DNA from: Podarcis cretensis
Lineage: Eukaryota
Assembly (NCBI GenBank): GCA_951804945.1
Contig: OX638154.1
Location: 77,748,001 to 77,812,000, forward strand
DNA length: 64,000 bases
Direction of reading: 5' to 3'
Shown here: positions 24,801 through 34,929 of the stretch, piece after piece
Numbering within the stretch: the first letter of the stretch is position 1
Layout of the letters: every line of letters begins with the position of its first letter
Translations under genes and position numbers: made by a program
Notes under the pieces: model-generated
What the model saw: only the letters and a program-made list of their open reading frames with translations
Databases searched by the model: none
What the model was told of the DNA's origin: nothing

Positions 24801-27800
24801 CACCATTTCCCCAGTCAAAATTGCCTTTTCCTTTGCTGCGGTTGCTGCTTGCACCATGGTAAGAAAAACTGAGGACAACCCTGTACCTCTTTCCTCCGTG
24901 TGTAGCACTATTGGTAGGAAAAATGGTGCAGCAGAGGGAAAGATTAAACATCTCCCCCCTCCTCTGCTTCAATTAAACTGGCAATGCCCTCACAGCACAC
25001 ACATATTGTTTAAATAATGCTGAGATACTAACTCGCGCAAGTGGCTGTATAACGTGTGCTTTCTCACTAGACCATCCTACCTGGGATACCATTTTGGTCC
25101 CTGCGTTTTGTACCATAGCTTGCAGAGTTTGTATCGTAGGATTCTTGTTGATGTACATTGGTTCTTACGCAGACAGGCATGCCAACCAACATGCTGGGCC
25201 CATGGAGCAAGGAGCCATAGCCAAGATCTCCCTCCCATACAAAAGACGCCAAACAGTGTCGCCTTTCATTTCTCTCTTTCTGTTGTTACTAATAACATTA
25301 TTATTTATGGCACACTGTGGTGCACTGCATTGTAAGTGCTTGTACGGCAAGCAAATCAGTCTTCAAGTCAAGTTTTGTGACAGGAGTGGGGAACCTCAGG
25401 CCCAGCGACCAAATGTCACCCTTTAGACCTAACTGCAGATTCTCCCCACACCAGCTCTGCTATGTACCCTCAAGTGCTTTTGCCTGGTGAAAATGTGTCC
25501 TTCAATTGTGATCATGCTTCTCACTTTCCTGAATGGGAGAGGTGGACAAGTAGAAACCTTTTATTTTTGTGTAGCTGAAATGTGGCCTACTGTGAAAAGT
25601 GAACACTGTTTAAATTGCTCTGCCTGCTCCACTTCCTGCTCCCCTGGAAGGCTGCCTATGATAAAGTGTGGCCCTCAAGCTGAAAAAAGTTTTCCCCTTC
25701 CCCTTCTCTATAATGCCCTAAGTCAGGGCTGTCTTAACTACCAAGAGACTGCGATCTACTCCCACTATAAAAAAACTGGCAGTGATCTACCCATTGGATG
25801 ACCAGAGTTGTTGAACTTTTTTTAGGAAGCAAAAGTTGAGATTTTTTTGGAAGCCAGAGTTGTTGAGCTTAGGCCTCCCCTAAGACATCTCCTTAATTAT
25901 GCCATGAGAATATAGCACAGCAAAGCTTTACAGCACAGTCCTGAAAGCTTACTGTGGATCTTTGGTAATAAAATCCGCTAGGATAAGGTTACCAGATTTT
26001 TTTCAATGAATCTGGGGACACTTTTCAACTTCCTACTAAATAGATGGATTTTGTCAGGGGACTGATTTGCAAATCCTGGGACTGTCCCTGGGAAATGGGG
26101 ACGTCTGGTAACTTTACGCTACGAAGTCCTTTCTGCTGGGGATAAACCGGACTGAAATTCCCAGGTGCCAGAAAAGGTTATTTATGTATGTAACAATTGA
26201 GGCCCGTGTTTTCTTAGCCCCAAAATGGAAAGTGAGCGAGGTAACTAAAGAGGATTGGCAACTTAAGTTGACAGAAAATGCACAACTTGCAGATCTAACA
26301 TACATAAAAAGAGAGCAAGAAGAGCAGATGTTTAAAGAAGACTGAAAAACATATTTTGAGTATATGGAAAGTAACTGTGTACAGTTGAAAACGCTGGCAG
26401 CATTAAAATAAATTCAACAGAGTAAATAATCCTTGATGGATGTAAAAGTGGAAAACTGATTTGAATGGTTACAGTAAAATATGCAGGGATGTATAATATG
26501 TAAAATGAACCATGGAAAGAGAAGAAGGGAAGTCATTGGATACTTTAAAGTTTGTAAAATGTTTATTTGAAATTGTAAAACAGAAAAATTAATTTAAAAA
26601 ATTAATTTTTTTAAAAAAGAACCCTGCTCGGAGTTGATTTTTAATCAGTACAAAAACCACTTCTCTTCTAGCTGAGATTGGCGTGCCAACAATCAAAAGT
26701 TTTGAACAAAAAGAGAAAACTTTGAAAGTGGAGATAGCAGATCCTCTAACGCCTTACAGATTTGAAGGAAATGGAAGCTTTCGAAGTATTAGGGACATAT
26801 TCAAAGATGATCTAGAATACACACTGTACTATTGGAAAGATCAAAGTACAGGAAAGGTGAGCATCTGTTTTCAATCTCCCAAGTCTTTAATTTCCTTAAT
26901 GTTTACAATAAGTACAAAGGACAAGCTTGCAATCTAAACTAAATTTCTACTTAAAAGAAATGAACTATAGCCTTAAAAAGAGTTCAGTACTTTAATAGTC
27001 TGGTCAGAGGCTGTTCTCCAGGTCCCCCAGCCATCTGAAGTGTGGTGCTATTGAAGAAAGGGGCTTTCAGCGGCAAAACCCTAATTTTTTGAATGCTGTC
27101 CCAAAAGAAGTTTTCCCGGTGCCTATTCTGGTGGAATTTGCTCCCACAAGTGGTAGTGATGACCCTTGACTTGCATGGCTTTAAAATATGGCCAGATAAA
27201 TTCCTGGAGGATAAGGCTATGTTCTTCCTCTGCAGTTGGAGGCAGTATGCCTTTGAATGCCTTTTGCTGGAAATCTCAAAGTGGGGGAGAGGTTCTGCTT
27301 TTGCGTTTCTCATAGATATAAGCTTAGAAAAGAATGCAGGACTAAATGGGTGCCAGCAGGAATCTTTTTAGGTTCTTATTATGCTTTTCTAGCCCTAAGT
27401 AAATACCTTCTTATCTTTACAGACTTTCAGATTAGTATTGGTCTGTTTTTATTTGGACACTACTTTTGCAGAGCTGCTGCTTTTAGCTTATTTCATATTT
27501 TATCGTGCCCTGATATTGTATTTGAATGGCATAACCCTGCAAACTCTATTATTTAATCCATAATGTTTATGCCTCTGCATAAAAAGTTAAAGGAGACCAA
27601 AGTTAACATATATTTATCTTCTTTTGTTTTTGATGTTAAAATTTTCATATTGCAAAAAGGTTAATGTTAGGTACTTAAAAGTAGAGGCTGATGCTAATAC
27701 TCTTCCTTAAATTTGTTATACATTTACAAACAGATCTATCTTTATCTTAACCTAGTTTATTTAAGTATTTGAAATATGTCGAAAGCTTCTTTCAAGAAAA

Positions 27801-29435
27801 TGGTGTTTCGAAGGCTACCTTCATTAGTAACAAATGCACAATTTTATGAACGTTAAACATTAAACATACAGTTCAATTTACAATGAAACAATCAGTTTAA
27901 ACAAACCCAGTACAACAAAATTCAACAGTCTCCAACCACCACCAGCATGCAACTATTAACTTCCTGTTCCTACAACCACTTTTTTAAATTTAATGATATG
28001 ACTATTAAGATGAAAGTACCTTTTCTCCTTTGAGCCTTTAACCTACTATGTACTTTGGACTTGCTTAATCTGTATTCAGAGTGAAGAACTACATTACTTG
28101 CAAATACATCTTCAAATACTTTTTTTCTGATTGTAGAAACAGGAAAACACAAAAAGCAACCTCTTTGAAATCCGTATCGACAAAGAGAAGAACTACTGCT
28201 TCTATGTTCAAGCTACTGTTCCATCACGCTCAACAGACCGTAGCAGTCAAAAAAGCAGTGTAAAATGTACTAGTGTTAGAAGAGATGAACTGGATGGTAT
28301 GTATCATGACACCACAAACTTTGGTATATAAATCATTCCTATCAAATTACTTTAAGCCCTTGCTGATGGATTTCAGTTTAGACTGCTTTCTGTGAAAGCT
28401 GTTGCCCAGTGATCTCTAGGTGCATTCAGGGTTTTACCTACTTCTTGCTGCTGCAAAGTTGGCACTGCAGATAGTCAGAAGTAGTTTCCTTTCCCAAAAT
28501 TGTGTTTTCATCTGGTCACTTTCTTTCTTTCACAAGGACTGTCCACTTTTCCCCTAAGAGCCAAATTCATATCCAGAAGTATCACCATCCCAGTATGGAA
28601 TTTTGTGGCATATATATTTCCCAATGCAAAACATCTAAGGCATACATATGTTAACTATGTAGCACAATTCTTTGTAAGCTTTAATCAGAAGCAAATCCCA
28701 ATCAAACTTGGCTGCCATGTCAATGTGCATATGGTTGAAGCCTTAAATGTGGAGGACCTGGAAGTCCTAGAAGGGCTGTATCACATCATTGTTCTGAATG
28801 CGTAGGTGGGTTCTAACGAACTTTTGAGTCCTGCATTGGAGCAAATCTATGTTGTTTGTTTGTTTAAGTATGAAGTAGTTTCATAAAAAATACATCATGC
28901 TTGTCAGAAGGACTGATTCCACATTAAAGGGATGTGGGCTTTTTTGAGGACTACAGACCAATTAGATGTCGCAAGAATGATGCGGGCTGCTTGGTTTAAG
29001 CAACAAACATAGGGAGCTATGTTAGAGAAGGGTTCAGTTCCATTGACCACATTGTGTATCCCAATGTTAAAACACCAGCCCTGCTTTATATATGATTGTT
29101 ACAGACATATAATTAAACTAATGTGATGCCCTGCTTAGGACTCTTAAGATTTTAGCCTTCAAGAGAAACAGCTCAACATATTTCAGGTTTGGAATCCAGA
29201 TTAGTTTTATTCTGAAAACATAGCCAATAGCTGTTGGGTGAAAAGCATGTCCTTGAACTGAATTTGTGTCTTTTCTTCTTCTTCTCCAGGTCTTGAATTA
29301 GAAGTAATTCTTATAATAGCAGCTGTTGCGGTTGGAGTCATCGCTCTAATTATTATTTTATCTGTGGTTGCATATAAATGCACAAGATCAAAGCCTGCAG
29401 CAACAAAAAAAGAGAGTGTGCCCCTAAATGCATAA
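18742..29435 (+). CDS. F3: Tissue factor (coagulation factor III), 6 exons, 290 aa: join(18742-18820,22479-22593,24334-24521,26672-26856,28137-28296,29290-29435)
   Basis: All introns GT-AG with consistent phases (873 nt). Signal peptide, [20 protein letters not shown]-x7-[28 protein letters not shown] helix, short tail KESVPLNA. Convergent with ABCD3 as in mammals. Confidence 0.97.
19138..19585 (-). mobile_element. CR1-type 3' fragment with an internal hAT-like insert (~19201-19380)
   Basis: gtagagttggaaggg...ctattccaac and cttgcaacttgaatccattgg are CR1 3' motifs; boundaries approximate. Confidence 0.5.
19610..19975 (-). mobile_element. Sauria SINE (full length, CpG-intact) in F3 intron 1
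   Basis: Near-identical reverse complement of the 10.2 kb copy; 14-bp TSD gggtactaagctta at 19596-19609 and 19976-19989. Confidence 0.95.
21740..21860 (+). mobile_element. Penelope-like element terminal (pLTR) fragment
   Basis: gaagaagtgtgcatgcacacgaaagctcatacc...ttagttggtctttaaggtgctactgg resembles sauropsid PLE ends. Confidence 0.6.
21765..21802 (+). ncRNA. Minimal type-I hammerhead ribozyme motif
   Basis: Stem I gtat/atac; core CUGAAGA 21769-21775; stem II gtgtgc-at-gcacac; GAAA 21791-21794; palindromic AGCU; UC cleavage site at 21797-21798. Confidence 0.6.
22479..22593 (+). CDS. F3: F3 exon 2
   Basis: [38 protein letters not shown]; AG/GT boundaries. Confidence 0.95.
23181..23319. mobile_element. 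hAT (Charlie/MER3-like) MITE
   Basis: Internally palindromic CAGG...CCTTG element; degenerate 8-bp TSD tattagac/ttctagac; related pieces at ~33.8, 37.2, 43.9, 58.9 and 62.4 kb. Confidence 0.6.
23858..24038 (+). mobile_element. Squam3-like SINE
   Basis: Degenerate tRNA head; tail tataaggcagctccctatgttcc. Confidence 0.6.
24334..24521 (+). CDS. F3: F3 exon 3
   Basis: [31 protein letters not shown]...[11 protein letters not shown]; AG/GT boundaries. Confidence 0.95.
26120..26620 (+). mobile_element. L1 LINE 3' fragment (ORF2 C-terminus, 3' UTR, A-rich tail)
   Basis: Reads as FLLGI...[10 protein letters not shown]...EDWQLKL...LADLT, similar to squamate L1 ORF2 ends. Confidence 0.55.
26672..26856 (+). 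CDS. F3: F3 exon 4
   Basis: [12 protein letters not shown]...[23 protein letters not shown]; AG/GT boundaries. Confidence 0.95.
28137..28296 (+). CDS. F3: F3 exon 5 (160 nt)
   Basis: [32 protein letters not shown]...VKCT; AG/GT boundaries. Confidence 0.95.
29290..29435 (+). CDS. F3: F3 exon 6 coding part (TM helix and cytoplasmic tail)
   Basis: [43 protein letters not shown]. Confidence 0.93.
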
Positions 29436-29477
29436 GGGGGAGAAACACTAAAGACAAATCGGCGTTATTGCTGCAAA

Positions 29478-29622
29478 GGTGACAGCTCAGTCAGTAGAGC
29501 ATGAGACTCTTAATCTCAGGGTTGTGGGTTCAAGCCCCACGTTGGGCAAAAGATTTTTGCATTGCAGGGGGTTGGACTAGATGACCCTTGTGGTTCCTTC
29601 CAATTCTACAATTCTACGATTT
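29478..29622 (+). mobile_element. tRNA-Lys(CTT)-headed SINE with CR1-type tail, in the F3 3' UTR
   Basis: agctcagtcagtagagcatgagactcttaatctcagggttgtgggttcaagccccacgttgggc is tRNA-Lys-CTT with CpG decay; followed by ggggttggactagatgacc...ttccaattcta. Confidence 0.8.
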
Positions 29623-30309
29623 TCCCTAAGAAATTCTCCTACCTGTGGAAGCAATGACCACAGACCCTTCACTCAAGGGGCATTTGTTGTTTCTGTGAAA
29701 CATTTATAGTTAAAACACTATTTTAAAAACCTGTTTTATTCGGCAGCAACTGTGATAACTTGTTTTAAAATGTGTTAACTGACAGATATGGTGAAAATAC
29801 TACTGTTTCTTTTGCACTTTGGGTGTATATTTAGATCGGTGGTTCTGGGTACATTAGCTGGTACGGGTTATCAGATGCTGTAAGTGTAAGGAAAGGGTTT
29901 TACACTCTTGCCAGACTTTATATAATGCGTTACAGTGTGAATCAATATAAAACATTAGAATGTGCCAGATCCAGGTACGTGCTGTAAAGTTTGAAAGTTC
30001 TGAAACTGACTTTGAAGTTCCCCAAAGTTGATGACCAACATTATCGGCATCCACCTTGAAATAACAATACGTACAGGATATCATACCTGTTATGTATCAG
30101 GATTTAGCACTTTAAATTTATACTGCTTATTAACTGCTGGACAGAGACAAAATTAACTATTTAAAGTGGCGTATGTCTATAAACAAAGTTGATGTAATTT
30201 GACATTCTTTGTGTTACTACGTACAATCAATGTTATATTTATGATTTTTATGAATGGGTGTTTATTTTTGTATATATTGCACTAACTTATTATATCTAAT
30301 TTTTACAGA

Positions 30310-30315
30310 AATAAA
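30310..30315 (+). terminator. F3: Probable F3 polyadenylation signal
   Basis: AATAAA after an AU-rich (ATTTA-containing) block, followed by a U/GU-rich tract. Confidence 0.6.
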
Positions 30316-30671
30316 GGTAAATGGGAATAATGGAAAATTCTTGTTTCTTGAATGGAGGGAGGGTTTTTCATCGCCAGATGCTAAATGATTATGGCTTAGC
30401 GGCATGCCAATAAACTACTCATTAGTGTACATTTAATCTCAACAATGGCTCCACTTGCAGGCTTACTGTGGAAATGCATGGGTTGTACACAAGTCTATTT
30501 CTACTCTGGGTAGACCTACTGAAATTAATGAACTGAAGTTAGTGATGCCCATTAACTTCAAAAAAGTAGGACTAGCATTGAATAGAACCACATATAATAA
30601 AAATAGAAAATAGAACAGAACCAGAATAACAAACCTGGCTGTGATATGATTAACAGATGGATTTTAGGTAC

Positions 30672-31430
30672 TGTCAGAGCTGCCTCCAGGTCCCAGCTCA
30701 CAGAGGACCAACGCTAGGCTGTAGTTATGTACAAAAGTCTTTATTGAGATTCAGTCTCCATTTTAAAGCCGCAGCGTGCAGCTCTACGTCCCGACCTTAG
30801 ACCGGCGAAGTCCTGTCTGAGTCTCCTCCCCCTCCACACCAGTTTAAGACTCTCGCTTTGCTCCACCTCTTCCTAAATTCCTTTCTCCTCTGGGCCCTCC
30901 TGCCCGCTAGGGTCTCATCCTTCCTGGACTCCTCTGACGCTGACCCTGACGATTCTTGCCCCTCCTTCCGGCGGGCTTTAGGACCTGGTTCCCTATCCGG
31001 GCTACCTTCTGTGCCGCTCGCCTGTACCTTTGAACTTGGCGCGCGCGCCCAGCCTGCAACTTTCCTCTTAACCGTTAACTCGCTCTCTGATGGAGGCGTG
31101 GTCCACCCTGACTCATCTTCTCTCGCTGGTGGTGCATGTGTGGGCTCTGACACCTGGAACTCCTCCCCCCCACTACGCTCTGGTGGGGAAGCTGGTCCTG
31201 ATTTGCAACTGCTGCTCTGGGAGTCCCCGCTGGCCCCTTGCTTCTGGGGTGTCCCCCTTGGGTCGCCCCTTGTCCTGCCCATCGGCGCCCCCTTCTGTGA
31301 ATCTTCCGATTCGCTGGAGAGGCTCATGGAATCTATCGAGCTGCTGTCATATTCTCCTACGCTGCCCTCGGATTGCTCCCCCTCGCTTTCCATCTCCTCT
31401 CCTCCCTGCGCTCCCGCTGAGTCCCTGACA
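30672..31430 (-). mobile_element. Solo LTR (Ty3/gypsy-like), 759 bp, with an internal ORF
   Basis: TGTCAG...CTGACA ends; 5-bp TSD ggtac at 30667-30671 and 31431-31435; minus-strand AATAAA at 30740-30745. Confidence 0.85.
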
Positions 31431-34400
31431 GGTACATTCTCCCTTTTTTAGTGGTACAGCAATAAAACTGCTGTCACATATGTAAAGCTAAGCAGGGTCC
31501 AGTAAGGTTTCAAATTGGATGGGGAATGCCGTGTTGAGATTCCTGCATTGCAGTGTGTTGGACTAGAGGACCCTTGTGGTCCTTTTCAGCTCTGTGATTC
31601 TATATCCTTGCACTATGAGCCACCTCTGCTTTTGGCACTGAAGCAGCACCAACCTGAGGTGCAGCAGGGGACACCACAGAGATTGGGAGAAATCATGCAC
31701 AGGCAAACAGATGTGTATATTTACAAATTATTTCTAGAGCAAAAAAAGAGCAAAGTGGAACAGCTCTTCCCCAGTTCCTCCCACTGACAATCCCTCCCCT
31801 TTTAAGCCTAGTACATCTGACCCAAAGGAACAGTTCCCCAAACCTTAACTACCCTGCAATAAAAATTTATAGAGTACCAACAATAAAATGCCAGAGGAAG
31901 CTGCCTTAAACAAAGTCAGGCCAAAGTACAAGTTCATCCAGCCACAGATCTCTCCTTGACAAGGGACACGTCCAGTCCTATTCAGATTTTTTAAAAGCAG
32001 GTTTTCCAGCTGCACAAATAACCAGGCAGTCACCCCACACTAAAAACAAATGGACACAAGCTTTGCTCCCTGCTTACACCCTGTATCAGTAGTGGTATCT
32101 CCATAGGAGACAGTAGTTCTTCTCTACTAACTATACTGTCACCAACAGGACAATCCATTGGCCACTGCGGTTTATAGCACTGCTGTAAATATTGGGCATT
32201 GAGTGTGTGTGCTCCATGGCCTTGAGGAACAAAGTCAGATTCTTTGCAGGGTTGCCAAATTACAAGAACACTGCTATGATTCTTGCTACCATAGTCCCAT
32301 TGACTGAATGGGACATCAGACCAACTGAGGCTTTGCACTAGTTATAGAAGGAACACAGGGTGCAAGATGGCCTAAGTTGCAAAACCAGGAGTTGTTTAAG
32401 GCTGTTTACAGAGATGTGACAAAGCATTACGTGCCTGAAGATGAAGTAGAGGAAGCAATGCATTAACAGCATATGCTTGCACCTGTTGATACAAAACACC
32501 CTAAACAAGCTATTTTACACCTATGTTTTGCAATGCTGAACTTTCTATTTCCTTGGATATGTTAAATAACTAATTGTTGCTTCCATGTTGGCATTCATAT
32601 AAATCTAAAACCTTGTTTAGGAGCAGGAGAGTTTAATTAGTGTGTCACTAGCACAGTTGATGAAAGACAGGCTGCTGCCAAAATGCATATAATGAAAAGA
32701 ATGTGATTATGAGCTTAAGTTGGAACATGGCTCATGTGACCATTTAGGACAAAGAGCTTATGGCGTTGCACAAACCTCTCTCACACACAAACATTTCAAG
32801 ATTAGAAGGCTACTGCATTTCTGTTGCTTAAATCTCTCACCTACCTCATAATCCTGATGCTGAAGTGATGACCAGTTCAGCCGGCGCATGGTACAGAAAA
32901 TGCTATTAGACCAAATAGTTTTGATTTGGTTGGGGCGATTCAAGTTTCACAGATCTCTCGTGACTTGGTACAACTGAACTGTTCCCTTGCATCAGTTGAA
33001 CTGGCTTTGCAGACAGCTCTTTGCCAGGTTGAAGCTCTCAAGCTGCACACGTAGTCTTCCTAATAAAATGAAAAAGGCAATCTCACCTACCTGGAGATTG
33101 AAGCCCTCTTCCTGCCAAAGGGGGTCAGCCAAACCTGGAGACTTCAGGTCAGCCCTGGAGGTATAGCAACCCTGTTTCTTGTACTGTAACTTTTATAGGC
33201 ATATTAGATCCCATTTTATTTCCTCGGTACTTTCTCTATGTTTGCGGTACTCAGATGAATGTTATGCCTCATTTTTCAGGGCAGATTCCAACTCTAAGAT
33301 GACAGAAAATATAGCACGGGTCCTTGTTGCAGCCATCAGAATAGGTCACAATTATTAAAGGGAAGATTTCTAAATTTCAAAGTCCATCTAAAAACAGAGA
33401 GTGTTCGACAGATTTTCCAATGAGAGTTAGTCATGGCATCACCACTAAGAAGACACTTTTTGGGGTGGGAAGTAGTTGAGGGATTGGGAGGCTACCCTCC
33501 CTCTCCCAATTATGCTGTCTCCAGGGCTCAGGGATGAGGAGCACAGAGGGGAGAAATTACCAGGGCCCGCCCTATGACCTCACCAGGGGTTGTCCCTAGG
33601 TCTTCTTAGGTGCAAGGCAACACAGTCAATTGACCTTCCGTAACTGCTCATGTTGAAGCTTTGAACATTAATATTTGTGGTCCCCCCCTTTAAAAAAAGC
33701 CATCAAGCTACTTTACAATGAATGTGTAGCTGTAGCCATATTATAGGTATATATCAGTTGAAAAAAATTTGGTCCTTTGGATACTGTTGGGACTATAGCT
33801 CGTACTCTTCCACACCGTTGTCCATGCTGTCTGCAGTGGATGGGAGTTGGCTTCTCACATCTAGCAAGAGCTGGGTTGGTAAGAAGAAGATGCCACGAGT
33901 TTCAGCCGCTTCTGTTCTAATATGGCAACATACTGAGCCCCCCCCCCCCCATTGCTCTAAGACCAGGCGTTCTCACAGCAATGGTAGAGGGCAGATGCTG
34001 TGGTTGTGTTTTGTGACTAGGCAGGAACCCTTTGGGAGCCTCATGGAAGCTACTCTGAATGCTCTAAAGGGTGAGTGAGATACAGTACACGTGGTAACAA
34101 ACAAACAAAGAAACAAAATGGCAGTATCTGAAGCAACATCTCCTTGCTGCAAGAAGTGGAATAGATGTATAGGTGCCATCTCTGCTGCTGCTTCCAGGAA
34201 AAATTATTTGCTGTGTGGGAAGTCTTGTATGCAGTTGTATCAGAGCAAGATCCAGATCCAGAATTCTCCAGTGTTAAGATGGATGGTGTGTGCTCACTGC
34301 AGCTACCCTTTGCTATCTTTTATCTGTAGCTAGATGTGTGTTCAGCAATCATATTATCCTTTGACTGTAGCCATTGCGTGCCTGAATCCTTGCTCCAGTA

Positions 34401-34898
34401 AAGTTTGAGTATACAATGCATTGCCCCTTTCCCCTTCCTGGCCCCCTCTCTAGAATTTAGATTCTGGGAATGTAGGCTTCACTTTACAAGCCGGAGGAAC
34501 TTTGGCGGGAGACAACAAAGAGTATATTAACATTCCTGTGGTCATTAGCAAAGATAATCTTGCCTTCATTTGCATGCCGAGGCTGATATCTGGAGAGAGA
34601 AAAGCCTTATTAAATTCCCTTTATAAACAAGGTATCTGGTTCCCGTCAATGCTTTAAACAAGGCAACCTTGTTGAAAAGGCAAATAATTGTGTCATGACG
34701 CTGGTATTTCTTAAACAGAACTCGTTGGCCTACAACTCCACAGCACATCAAAGCACACTCCACCTTGGGTGTTTTAAAATATCAGGCTATTTTATCACTA
34801 GCTCTTGGAAATCAAAATAGCAACTGCAATTGAAAAAAGTACTACTAAGCTGTACTTTTGTGCAAGTATGATTGAACTGAACCAATTACATCATCATC

Positions 34899-34929
<31 letters not shown>

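Noticed and set aside
29478-29548. Functional tRNA-Lys gene
   Set aside because: Acceptor stem broken, CpG decay including the T-loop/B box, fused to a CR1-like tail: a SINE head
30858-31451. 197-aa plus-strand ORF with an apparent signal peptide
   Set aside because: Antisense of the GA-rich LTR ORF, non-ATG start, runs past the LTR boundary; not mirrored in the second LTR
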